64,000 bases of DNA from Desulfuromonadales bacterium (GCA_033549025.1 JAWSUS010000016.1:1-64000); one strand, 5' to 3'. Shown: positions 48,093-59,444, numbered from the stretch's first letter. Program-made: numbers and translations. The notes: a model not told the origin generated them from the sequence alone.

Positions 48093-48968
48093 TTAGTCCG
48101 GCGAACCATAGCGCCGGTGCAGCACCTGTCGAATATCCTCGACACAGCGATAGGGGATTTTGAGCTGACCGCGTCCCGAACCGATGGCGATCAGGCCCGT
48201 GTCCGGCCCGTGAAAATCGGAGCCGCCGGTGACGATGAGTCCACGCCGACGCGCCTGGGTGATATACCAGTCGATGTCATCGAGACTGGAGCCCGAATTA
48301 TACGCCTCGACCCCATCGAGCCCCAGGGCGGCGAAGGTGTCGAGCAGGCCCAGAAAGGCCGTCCTGTCCGTGGTGATGAAGGGGGGATGGGCCAGCACCG
48401 TCACTCCTCCGGCCCGCTGAATCAGGGCCATGGCCTCGTCGATGGGAAAGTTGCGCTTTTCCACATTGCAGGGGATAAGGTAACGCTGAAAAGCGTCCTC
48501 GCTGCCGCGCACATAGCCTTTTTCCTGCAGAGCCATGGCGATGTGGGGCCGCCCCAAGGTACCGCCGGCTCTGGCGGCCACCTCGTCGAAGTCCAGGGGC
48601 GCACGTCCCTCCTGTGCCAGTTTCTCATTGACCCTCTGCACGATCATCTCGTTGCGCCGCTCTCGAAAGTCCTGAAAGGCAGCCAGGGTTTCGACCAATT
48701 CGGGATGATGATGGTCAAACCCGTAGCCGAGAAGATGAATGTCGGTGTAGTCCTGCCACACCACCGAAAGTTCGACCCCGGAGAGCACCTCCACCCCCAA
48801 CTCTTCCCCGGCCGCCATGGCAGCCTCGATGCCGTCGATATTGTCGTGATCGGCCAGGGCGACAGCCGCCAACCCCACCGCCGCCGCACGATGCACCACC
48901 TCTGCCGGTGAGTAATGGCCGTCGGAGCAGGTCGAATGGAGATGCAGGTCAACCCATTTCATGTTCAT
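48093..48968 (-). CDS. PHP domain protein
   Basis: DLHLHSTCSDG, ADHD, GVE, HLLGY, GRPH, LAHP and GGSDFHG. Confidence 0.9.
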   Translation of the reverse strand: MNMKWVDLHLHSTCSDGHYSPAEVVHRAAAVGLAAVALADHDNIDGIEAAMAAGEELGVEVLSGVELSVVWQDYTDIHLLGYGFDHHHPELVETLAAFQDFRERRNEMIVQRVNEKLAQEGRAPLDFDEVAARAGGTLGRPHIAMALQEKGYVRGSEDAFQRYLIPCNVEKRNFPIDEAMALIQRAGGVTVLAHPPFITTDRTAFLGLLDTFAALGLDGVEAYNSGSSLDDIDWYITQARRRGLIVTGGSDFHGPDTGLIAIGSGRGQLKIPYRCVEDIRQVLHRRYGSPD

Positions 48969-48992
48969 GGAAAATCCTTTCAACAGCGGTCG

Positions 48993-51269
<2,277 letters not shown>

Positions 51270-51358
51270 GGGTGCTTCCTTTTCTTCCATTGGAAATCAA
51301 AGGCGGGGATTCTAGCACGGCCACCTGCCAATGAGAAGCTTTTCGCCGAGGGCATTTC

Positions 51359-51387
51359 TTGACCGGTCTGGCAATTGTGTGTAGATT
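51359..51387 (+). promoter_or_regulatory. Sigma70 promoter of the oppD/oppF pair
   Basis: TTGACC-N17-TAGATT. Confidence 0.5.
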
Positions 51388-51417
51388 GTTGCCAGCTTTG
51401 CCAACCCGAGGAATCCC

Positions 51418-52377
51418 ATGCCGCCGCTGCTTGAAGTCCGCAACCTCATGACCTATTTTCCCACCCGCGACGCCCTGGTCAAGGCCGTGCGCGGACTGGA
51501 ATTTACCCTGGATGCCGGCGAGACCCTGGCCCTGGTGGGCGAGTCGGGCTGCGGCAAGTCGATCACGGCCCTCTCCCTGCTGCGCCTGGTGCCCGAACCG
51601 GGGCGTATCGTTGAAGGCGAGATTCTCTTTGAGGGACAGGATCTGCGCCGCCTTCTCCCCGAGGAGATGCGGCGCATCCGCGGCAACGATATCGCCATGA
51701 TCTTCCAGGAGCCGATGACCTCTCTCAATCCCGTCTTCCGCATCGGCGAACAGATTGGCGAAGTATTGCGCCTGCACAAGGGCCTCGACCGCAAGGAGGC
51801 CCTCGACGCGGCCGTCGATCTGCTCGATCAGGTCGGCATCCCCTCGGCTCGCCAGCGCGTCCACGAATACCCCCACCAGCTCTCCGGCGGCATGCGTCAG
51901 CGCGTCGTCATCGCCATGGCCCTGGCCTGCGACCCCAAACTGCTCATCGCCGACGAGCCGACCACCGCCCTCGACGTCACCATCCAGGCCCAGATCATGG
52001 CTCTGCTCGACTCGCTCAAGCAGGAGCGCGGCATGGCCACCCTGCTCATCACCCACGACCTCGGCGTCGTGGCTGAATCGGCCGATCGTGTCGCCATCAT
52101 GAATTCCGGATTGATCATGGAGCAGGCCGCCGTCGACGTCATTTTCAGCCGGCCGCGCCACCCCTACACCCAAGGGCTGCTGGCCTGCATACCGCGCCTG
52201 GGGCACAAAAAGGACCGGCTGGTGCCTATCGACAGCCAAGTGCCCGTCGGTACCGACCTGGCGCCGGGCAGCTCCTATCTCGACCGCTGCCCCGCCCCCT
52301 TTGCGCCGCAGCGCGGCAAGCTGCCGCCCTTGCGGGAAGTCGAACCCGGTCATTTCGTGCGCTGCTGGAGCTGCTGA
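51418..52377 (+). CDS. Oligopeptide/dipeptide ABC transporter ATPase (OppD/DppD-like)
   Basis: [36 protein letters not shown] and HPYT. Confidence 0.92.
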   Translation: MPPLLEVRNLMTYFPTRDALVKAVRGLEFTLDAGETLALVGESGCGKSITALSLLRLVPEPGRIVEGEILFEGQDLRRLLPEEMRRIRGNDIAMIFQEPMTSLNPVFRIGEQIGEVLRLHKGLDRKEALDAAVDLLDQVGIPSARQRVHEYPHQLSGGMRQRVVIAMALACDPKLLIADEPTTALDVTIQAQIMALLDSLKQERGMATLLITHDLGVVAESADRVAIMNSGLIMEQAAVDVIFSRPRHPYTQGLLACIPRLGHKKDRLVPIDSQVPVGTDLAPGSSYLDRCPAPFAPQRGKLPPLREVEPGHFVRCWSC

Positions 52378-52379
52378 TC

Positions 52380-53381
52380 ATGGAACCCCTGCTGGAAGTC
52401 CGCAACCTGAGCAAAACATTCCCGGTCTCCGCCGGCCCTTTAAGCGGCAAACGGCTCAGCCTCAAGGCGGTCGACGGCGTCTCCTTTGCGCTGATGCCGG
52501 GAGAAACTCTCGGCCTGGTGGGCGAATCGGGATCGGGCAAATCGACGACAGGCAAGCTCATCCTGCGCCTGCTCGAAGCGGATGCCGGCGAAATCCTGTT
52601 CAAAGGCGAAAACATCTTGAAGCGCTCCCGATCCGGCATGCGTCCTTTGCGGCGGCAGCTGCAGATGATTTTTCAGGATCCCTACTCGTCCCTCAATCCC
52701 CGCATGCGCATCGGCGACATTATCGGCGAACCCCTGCAGATTCACGGTCTGGCCAAGGGGAGTGCCATCAAGGATGAGGTCATGCGACTGCTCGACACCG
52801 TCGGTCTGACACAGGAGCACTATTACCGCTACCCCCACGAGTTTTCCGGCGGCCAGCGCCAGCGCATCGGCATCGCCCGCGCCCTGGCGGTAAGCCCCAG
52901 CCTCATCATCGCCGACGAGCCGGTTTCGGCCCTCGACCTCTCCATCCAGGCCCAGGTCATCAACCTGCTGCAGGATGTGCAGAAGGAATTCGGCCTCACC
53001 ACCCTGTTCATCGCCCACGACCTCTCGGTCATCGAGCACATCAGCGACCGGGTGGCGGTCATGTACCTGGGGCGCCTTGTCGAACTGGCACCGGCCGCGG
53101 CCCTCTATCGCTCTCCCCGTCATCCCTACAGCGAAGCCCTGCTCAACGCCGTCCCCATCCCCGACCCCGCGCTGCGCGGCCGCCGCTACCTGATGCAGGG
53201 GGAGATTCCCTCGGCGATCCAGCCCCCGGCGGGCTGCCCCTTCCATCCCCGCTGTCCCTATGCCCGCGACCTCTGCCACACCAGCGTGCCGCCCCTGGCT
53301 GACCAGGGTCAGGGTCATCTGGCCGCCTGTCACTTCAGTGACGAGGTCGGCCGTCACCGGCGCCTGCTCTCGACACCCTGA
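52380..53381 (+). CDS. Oligopeptide/dipeptide ABC transporter ATPase (OppF/DppF-like)
   Basis: GESGSGKST, FQDPYSSLNP, FSGGQRQR, DEPVSALD and GCPFHPRCP. Confidence 0.92.
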   Translation: MEPLLEVRNLSKTFPVSAGPLSGKRLSLKAVDGVSFALMPGETLGLVGESGSGKSTTGKLILRLLEADAGEILFKGENILKRSRSGMRPLRRQLQMIFQDPYSSLNPRMRIGDIIGEPLQIHGLAKGSAIKDEVMRLLDTVGLTQEHYYRYPHEFSGGQRQRIGIARALAVSPSLIIADEPVSALDLSIQAQVINLLQDVQKEFGLTTLFIAHDLSVIEHISDRVAVMYLGRLVELAPAAALYRSPRHPYSEALLNAVPIPDPALRGRRYLMQGEIPSAIQPPAGCPFHPRCPYARDLCHTSVPPLADQGQGHLAACHFSDEVGRHRRLLSTP

Positions 53382-53409
53382 ACGTATACCGCATCCCCCC
53401 ATATTTCCG

Positions 53410-53438
53410 TTGACTCACCGTGCCACCGCTGGCACAAT
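53410..53438 (+). promoter_or_regulatory. Sigma70 promoter of the Fe-S EBP gene containing a palindromic operator
   Basis: TTGACT-N17-CACAAT; CGTGCC-ACCGCT-GGCACA (53419-53436) spans the spacer and the -10. Confidence 0.65.
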
Positions 53439-53501
53439 CGCCCCATTGCCGCCCCAGAAGCGGCCTCGTCCCGCAATTTCCCCTGAGCGCCTGGAGTCTG
53501 C

Positions 53502-55799
53502 ATGGGTCCGATCATTACCGTCAAGGAACGCTGCCGCAAATGCTATGCTTGTGTGCGCAACTGTCCGGTCAAGGCCATCAAGGTCAAGCAGGAGTACGCC
53601 GAGGTCATTCACGACCGCTGCATCGGCTGCGGCAAATGCATCAAGGTGTGCTCCCAGCAGGCCAAGATCATCAGCGACTGCATGGAAGAGACCCTGCGGC
53701 TGCTGGCCGGCAAGGATCCGGTCGTGGCCGTGCTTGGCTGCTCTTTTCCCGCTTTTTTTCATGACGTGCGCCCCGGCCAGTTGGCGACCGGCCTCAAACG
53801 GCTCGGTTTCAGCGAAGTACACGAGGGCTCGGCCGGGGTCGAACTCATCCGCGCCGAATACGCCCGCCTGATCGGTCAGCCGGGCGACGAGCCGCTGATT
53901 TCCAGCCACTGCCCCACCATCGTCGACCTGATCGAGCGGCACTATCCCCAGCTGGTCCGCAACCTGATGGGGATCGTCTCCCCCATGGTGGCCATCGGAC
54001 GCTTCATCAAGGGACGCCGGGGAGCACAGACCCGGGTCGTCTATATCAGCTCGTGCATTGCGGGAAAATTCGAAATCGAATCGGAACAGGTCGCCGGAGC
54101 CATTGACGTGGTGCTCACCTACCAGGAGCTCAACCAGATGCTCAAGAGCCACCCCGTCGATCTGCCCAGACTGGGAGATTCCCCCTTCGATGGTTTACTG
54201 CCCGGGACAGGCCGGCTCTTCGGCATTGCCGGCGGCCCCTTTCAGGCCTTTGACGTACCCAACGACTTTCTCAATCCCGACTTCATCTCCGCCGGCGGCG
54301 AAGAGAGCGCCCTGGAGCTGGTCAAGGATCTGGCGGCCAGGCGCATCACCCCCAAGTGGGTCGATATCCGCTTCTGCAACGGCGGCTGCATCGGCGGGCC
54401 CGGTAAAAACAACCGCCTGACCAATTTTTCCAAGCGCAACCTGATTATCGATTATTTCCAGAGTCACGACGCCAAGGTCGAAACCCTCACCTCTCCCGCC
54501 TATGTGGAGGGGGGCAAACTGCCGGACCTGCGACGATCCTTCAAGAATAAATTCCGGCGTCTGCCGCCCCCCAGCGGCGAGAGTATCCGCAAAATCCTGC
54601 AGGCAACCAACAAGTTTGTCGAGCGGGACGAACTCGACTGCGGCGCCTGCGGCTACCCGACCTGCCGAGAACATGCCGTCGCCGTCTTTCAGGGGCTGGC
54701 CGAAGAGGACATGTGCCTCCCCTATTCGCTCAAGCGTCTGGAGGAAGACCGTTTCAACCTCGCCCAGAAGTACGAACTGGCCCAGCGCGCCCTCAGCCAG
54801 GAATACGGCGAGGCCGCCATCATCGGTGACGACACCCACACCCTCGATGTCCTCAAGCTTATCCGCCAGGTCGGTCCCACACCGACCACAGTTCTCATTC
54901 GCGGCGAAAGCGGCACCGGCAAGGAACTCACCGCCCGCGCCATCCACGCCCACAGTCACCGGGCCGACAAGCCGCTGGTCACGGTCAACTGCACCACCCT
55001 GACCGACAGCCTGCTCGAGAGCGAACTCTTCGGCCACCGCAAAGGGGCCTTCACCGGCGCCACCGCCGACAAGAAAGGCCTCTTCGAGGCCGCCGGCGGC
55101 GGCACCATCTTCCTGGACGAGATCGGCGACATTACCCCCAAGGTGCAAGCCGAGCTCCTGCGCGTCCTCGACAGCGGCGAGATCCGTCCCGTCGGCGGCA
55201 ACGCCTCCATCAAGGTCGACGTGCGGCTCATCGCCGCCACCAACAAAAACCTGGAAAACGGCATCCGCGAAGGCTGGTTCCGGGAGGATCTTTTCTACCG
55301 CCTCAACGTCTTCACCATCACCATGCCGCCTCTGCGCAACCGCCTGCAGTCCCTGGAACACCTGGTGAGCCATTTTCTGCGCCGGGCCAGCACCCGCCTG
55401 AACAAACCGATCGTCGCCATCGAAGACAGGGCCATCGACGCCATGCGCCAGTACGCCTGGCCCGGCAACATTCGTGAACTGCAGAACATTATCGAGCGGG
55501 CGGCGGTACTCTCCCAGGACCAGGTCATCCGCCTGGAAAACCTCCCCGTCATCTTTGCCGAACTCGCCCTGAAAACACCGGCAGACGACAGCTCTGAGGG
55601 CGAGGCATCATTTCGACGGCAGCGCGACAAACACCTTTCCCACGTCGAAAAGGGACTCATCAAGAACTACCTGAAAGAAGCCGGCGGCAATGTCTCGGCG
55701 GCGGCGCGGGCCGCCGGCATTCCCAGACGTACCTTTTATCGCCTGCTGGACCGTTATGGCCTCAAAGGAAGCGACTTTCAGCAAACCGCCGGCAATTGA
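53502..55799 (+). CDS. Sigma54 EBP with ferredoxin, [FeFe]-hydrogenase-like and FeS sensor domains
   Basis: CRKCYACVRNCP and CIGCGKCIKVC; H-cluster-like SSHCP, SSCIAGKFE and FCNGGCIGG; DCGACGYPTC; GESGTGKE, GAFTGA and a Fis HTH. Confidence 0.92.
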   Translation: MGPIITVKERCRKCYACVRNCPVKAIKVKQEYAEVIHDRCIGCGKCIKVCSQQAKIISDCMEETLRLLAGKDPVVAVLGCSFPAFFHDVRPGQLATGLKRLGFSEVHEGSAGVELIRAEYARLIGQPGDEPLISSHCPTIVDLIERHYPQLVRNLMGIVSPMVAIGRFIKGRRGAQTRVVYISSCIAGKFEIESEQVAGAIDVVLTYQELNQMLKSHPVDLPRLGDSPFDGLLPGTGRLFGIAGGPFQAFDVPNDFLNPDFISAGGEESALELVKDLAARRITPKWVDIRFCNGGCIGGPGKNNRLTNFSKRNLIIDYFQSHDAKVETLTSPAYVEGGKLPDLRRSFKNKFRRLPPPSGESIRKILQATNKFVERDELDCGACGYPTCREHAVAVFQGLAEEDMCLPYSLKRLEEDRFNLAQKYELAQRALSQEYGEAAIIGDDTHTLDVLKLIRQVGPTPTTVLIRGESGTGKELTARAIHAHSHRADKPLVTVNCTTLTDSLLESELFGHRKGAFTGATADKKGLFEAAGGGTIFLDEIGDITPKVQAELLRVLDSGEIRPVGGNASIKVDVRLIAATNKNLENGIREGWFREDLFYRLNVFTITMPPLRNRLQSLEHLVSHFLRRASTRLNKPIVAIEDRAIDAMRQYAWPGNIRELQNIIERAAVLSQDQVIRLENLPVIFAELALKTPADDSSEGEASFRRQRDKHLSHVEKGLIKNYLKEAGGNVSAAARAAGIPRRTFYRLLDRYGLKGSDFQQTAGN

Positions 55800-55927
55800 G
55801 CCGCGGTTGGCACAATCCTACATCATGCACCATGCCACCATTGACACACTCAACAAGAGGCCTTTTCTAGGCCTCTCCGCTCTTTTCAAACACTTGCCCA
55901 TCACCCACATGTGCCAAATGCGGCACA
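55797..55927. promoter_or_regulatory. Three TGTGCC-N6-GGCACA enhancer-like sites
   Basis: TGAGCC-N6-GGCACA (55797-55814), CATGCC-N6-GACACA (55831-55848) and the perfect TGTGCC-N6-GGCACA (55910-55927). Confidence 0.7.
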
Positions 55928-55988
55928 GAGCCTCCCAGCTATATCCGCCCCGAACCCCCAAATAGAGGCAAAACCCCGTCATCAAGAA

Positions 55989-56005
55989 TTGGCACGGTGA
56001 TTGCT
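55989..56005 (+). promoter_or_regulatory. Consensus sigma54 promoter
   Basis: TTGGCACGGTGATTGCT matches TGGCACG-N4-TTGCW. Confidence 0.88.
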
Positions 56006-56015
56006 AACTACATCG

Positions 56016-56114
56016 ATGACTAATATTTGGGGATAAAGGCAGATTTCACCACAACACACCACTGCCCCCTTTGGCGTCGCCCGGGCCCTCTCTCCCCTGG
56101 GCGGCGCTTTTTTT
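56016..56114 (+). ncRNA. Candidate sigma54-dependent small RNA (~100 nt)
   Basis: Bounded by the sigma54 promoter and an intrinsic terminator, with two stem-loops. The only complete ORF inside is 6 codons (MTNIWG). Confidence 0.6.
56074..56114 (+). terminator. Intrinsic terminator with CU-rich loop
   Basis: GCGTCGCCCGGG-CCCTCTCTCC-CCTGGGCGGCGC-TTTTTTT (12-bp stem with two G-U pairs). Confidence 0.85.
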
Positions 56115-56281
56115 ATGCAGGCCGCTCACATACTCATTAGAAAGACGCCCGCATCGTCCCGCCACCGAATCCGATCTTGCATCGACTCGATTGCATTTTT
56201 TCGATGGCGAAGTTCAAACCAGCTGTTATCATGGTGTTGTTTTTGCTCCCGTGATGTTCATTTCAAGCAATTCCGCCACCC

Positions 56282-58648
56282 ATGGACCGCGATATGACCA
56301 GACCCGGCAAAGAACGCCTGGGGGTAACCACCCTGGAGGACATCAGCACTCTCATCCTGCAGTCCCATGACCTCGATGAGACCCTGAAAAATATTGTCAC
56401 CCTGGTGGCCCGCCGCATGAAGTCGGAGGTCTGCTCCATCTACCTGCTCGATGACGATCGATTGACCTTGCGCCTGCGGGCGACCAAGGGGCTCTCGCGC
56501 AAAGCGGTGGGAAAGGTCACCCTGCAGATCGGCGAGGGTCTGACCGGCATGGCCGCCGAGAGCCGCCACGCCGTCGCCATACAGGAACCCCAGTCCCACC
56601 CCCGCTATCGCTATTTCAAGGAAACCGGGGAAGAGCGCTATCACTCCTTTCTCGGCATCCCCCTCTTCGACCGCAAGAGCCCCCTGGGGGTCATCGTCAT
56701 CCAGACCAAAGAGACCAGGCAGTTCACCCCCCAGGAGATCAGCGCCCTCTCCACCATTGCCTTTCAGATCAGCTCCATCGTCATCAACGCCAATCTTCTC
56801 GACTCCATCCGCCGCAAAGAAGAAGAAACCAGCCGCTTTATCCGTCAGCTTGAAGAGAGCCGCAAGCCCCTGATCGCGACGGAGTCGAACCGGGAAGAAT
56901 CGCGCAGCGCCGCCCTGCGGGGAACGACAGCCTATCCCGGCGTCGTTTCCGGCCCCGCCCACATCCTCGACTCGGGGCTGGGCTTGGCCGACCTTGGCGA
57001 CGAGGGACAGGCACAGGTGGAGGAGGAGATCGCGCGACTTGACAGCGCCTTCGAGAAAACCCGCATCCAGACCATTTTCCTGGAAAAACGCATGGCCGAG
57101 CGCCTGTCGGAGAGTGCGGCGGCCATTTTTCACACCCATCTGATGATTCTTGAGGACCGAGGCTTTCTGGAGCGTCTGCATGACGAGATCAAACAGGGGC
57201 ACGGCGCCGTCTACACCCTGAAAAAGATTGTCGGCGAGTACATCGAGGCTTTCGAGCGGATGGAGGACCCCTACCTGCGCGAGCGGGCCGCCGACATGAA
57301 GGATATCGGCCGCCGCCTGGCCGCGAACCTGGCCGGGCAGGAAGACCACCTGCCCCAGTTCAAAGAGCCGGGCATCCTGGTCGCCCGCGAAATTCTGCCC
57401 TCCGACATGGCCATGCTGGAGGCCGAATACATTCTGGGCATAGCCACCGAGGCCGGCGAACGCAACTCCCACGCTGCCATCATGGCGAAATCCATGGGCA
57501 TCCCCGCCCTGGTCGGCGTCAAGGGCCTGCTTCGGGAAGTCACCCCCGAAACCCAGATCATTCTGGACGCCAACTCCGGCTGTCTCTACATCGACCCGCC
57601 CCAGCATGTGCGCGAGGAATACCGCCGTCTGGAGGAAGACAGCAGCCGGGAGCTGCACCGGCTGGAGGAATTCCGCGACTTTCCGGCTCAGACGGCCGAC
57701 GGAACGCGCATTATCCTGCGGGCCAACATCGGCCTGGTCAGCGACGTCAGCATTGCCCAGCGCAACGGCGCTGAAGGGGTGGGCCTCTATCGCACCGAAT
57801 TCCCCTACATGACCCGCGGCAACTTCCCCGACCGCGAAGATCAGTACCAGCTTTACCGCCGGGTGGTCGAAGGCTTTCCCGGCCAGTCGGTCACGATCCG
57901 CACCCTGGATATCGGTGGCGACAAGGCCCTGCCCTACTTCAGCCCCCCCAAGGAAGACAATCCTTTCATGGGCTGGCGCTCGGTGCGGGTCTCCCTCGAA
58001 AATCAGGATATTTTCTGTACCCAGATCGAGGCCATCCTGATGGCCGGTGTGCATGGATCGGTCAAATTGCTCCTGCCCATGATATCGACCCTCGACGAAG
58101 TGCGAGCCTGCAAGAAGGTGATGGCCCAGGCCCGGGCCAACCTCGACAGTGAAGGGATCGCCTACGCCCGCGATGTTCCCCTGGGAATCATGATCGAGGT
58201 GCCGGCGGCCGTGACCATCGCGGAACAGCTGGCCCGCGAGGTCGATTTTTTCGCCATGGGGACCAACGACCTCATCCAGTACATGCTGGCGGCCGATCGC
58301 AACAACCCCCTGGTCAACCGCTACTACGACCCCCTGCATCCCGCCATTTTGCGCGTACTCAAGGACGTCACCGACGTGGCGCTGAAAGCGGGGATCGACG
58401 TCTGCGTCTGCGGCGAGATGGCTTCGGACCCGGTGAACCTGCTGGCCCTGGTTGGCCTGGGTATTCAGGAATTCTCCATGGCCGCGCCCTTCATCCCGCG
58501 CACCAAGGCCTTCCTGCACGACCTGCCCGGCGAGATGGCGCGTAAGACCGTCCGCAAGGCACTGAGCCTTCCCACCAGCGATCAGATACGCGCCCTGCTG
58601 ATGGAGACCCTACAGAAAATCGAAAAAACCGACAGCGCGACCCCATAA
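56282..58648 (+). CDS. ptsP: GAF-domain PEP-protein phosphotransferase EI(Ntr)
   Basis: N-terminal GAF (VCSIYL, GEGLTG), phospho-His in NSHAAI, GLYRTEF, RTLDIGGDK, GTNDL and VCGE. Confidence 0.93.
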   Translation: MDRDMTRPGKERLGVTTLEDISTLILQSHDLDETLKNIVTLVARRMKSEVCSIYLLDDDRLTLRLRATKGLSRKAVGKVTLQIGEGLTGMAAESRHAVAIQEPQSHPRYRYFKETGEERYHSFLGIPLFDRKSPLGVIVIQTKETRQFTPQEISALSTIAFQISSIVINANLLDSIRRKEEETSRFIRQLEESRKPLIATESNREESRSAALRGTTAYPGVVSGPAHILDSGLGLADLGDEGQAQVEEEIARLDSAFEKTRIQTIFLEKRMAERLSESAAAIFHTHLMILEDRGFLERLHDEIKQGHGAVYTLKKIVGEYIEAFERMEDPYLRERAADMKDIGRRLAANLAGQEDHLPQFKEPGILVAREILPSDMAMLEAEYILGIATEAGERNSHAAIMAKSMGIPALVGVKGLLREVTPETQIILDANSGCLYIDPPQHVREEYRRLEEDSSRELHRLEEFRDFPAQTADGTRIILRANIGLVSDVSIAQRNGAEGVGLYRTEFPYMTRGNFPDREDQYQLYRRVVEGFPGQSVTIRTLDIGGDKALPYFSPPKEDNPFMGWRSVRVSLENQDIFCTQIEAILMAGVHGSVKLLLPMISTLDEVRACKKVMAQARANLDSEGIAYARDVPLGIMIEVPAAVTIAEQLAREVDFFAMGTNDLIQYMLAADRNNPLVNRYYDPLHPAILRVLKDVTDVALKAGIDVCVCGEMASDPVNLLALVGLGIQEFSMAAPFIPRTKAFLHDLPGEMARKTVRKALSLPTSDQIRALLMETLQKIEKTDSATP

Positions 58649-58677
58649 GAAAGGCCGGGCAATTGCCCGGCCTTTCT
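58649..58677. terminator. Bidirectional terminator hairpin
   Basis: GAAAGGCCGGGC-aatt-GCCCGGCCTTTC between convergent genes. Confidence 0.8.
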
Positions 58678-58709
58678 TGTTACCATCTGGTCGAAGCTAT
58701 CGACTGACC

Positions 58710-59444
58710 TCATTTCATGGAACGCACGCGCACCTCGATATCCTGGTCGTCCTTGAGCAGTTCAACCAAGACCTCGGTGTCCGTGTCGCCGAAGTGGTAA
58801 GGATAGAGGATCGCCGGCCGGAAGGAGCGGGCCGCCGCCGCGACCATCTCAGGCGTCATGGTATAGGGGAGATTCATGGGCAGGAAAGCGACGTCCACCC
58901 CCTTGAGCTCCTGCATCTCCGGAATATTTTCCGTATCCCCCGCAATGTACACCCTCGTATCACCAAAGGTCAGCACATAGCCGTTGCCCACCCCCCGGGG
59001 GTGATAAGGCTGGCCGTTATCCCTTTTGTGAACCAGATTATAGGCCGGCACCGCTTCGATGCGGACCCCGCCGAACTCGGTCACGTCGCCGTTTTTCACC
59101 ACCTCCCCACCGGGCAGCTGTCCGGCGCAGGTCTCGGTATAGATCAGGCGCGTATCCTTTTGACGAACAGCCCGTATGGCTTCGGCATCCAGGTGATCAC
59201 GGTGCTCATGGGTGACCAGAATCAGATCGGCTTTCGGCAGCCGGGTGTAGTCGGTCAGAATGCTGTAGGGGTCCACATGCATGACCCGCCCGCCATGGGC
59301 CAGCATCAGGGAGCCGTGGCCGACGAAGGTGATCTCCAGATCGCCGGACGAGGTGGTCAGCACATCGGTTTTCAGGGGGTCCGTCGCCCCGGCGGCGGTA
59401 ACGGTCAGGGCGAGACAGAACGTGGTCAGAATTCCTCTCAGCAT
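58710..59444 (-). CDS. Secreted MBL-fold metallo-hydrolase
   Basis: Signal peptide, GHGS, VDPY, THEHRDH and YIAGDT. Confidence 0.88.
   Translation of the reverse strand: MLRGILTTFCLALTVTAAGATDPLKTDVLTTSSGDLEITFVGHGSLMLAHGGRVMHVDPYSILTDYTRLPKADLILVTHEHRDHLDAEAIRAVRQKDTRLIYTETCAGQLPGGEVVKNGDVTEFGGVRIEAVPAYNLVHKRDNGQPYHPRGVGNGYVLTFGDTRVYIAGDTENIPEMQELKGVDVAFLPMNLPYTMTPEMVAAAARSFRPAILYPYHFGDTDTEVLVELLKDDQDIEVRVRSMK

Noticed and set aside
56071..56370. ORFs 56071-56370 and 56115-56297 as the protein product of the sigma54 promoter
   Set aside because: They start within or after the terminator, have no RBS, overlap ptsP and do not resemble a small repressor.
56258..58519. 753-aa antisense ORF, plus similar long shadow ORFs (48915-50837, 47052-48911, 61552-63291, 12032-13381, 21281-22666, 13970-15301)
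   Set aside because: They lie opposite well-recognised genes and have no motifs; such ORFs are expected from GC3-rich codon usage.
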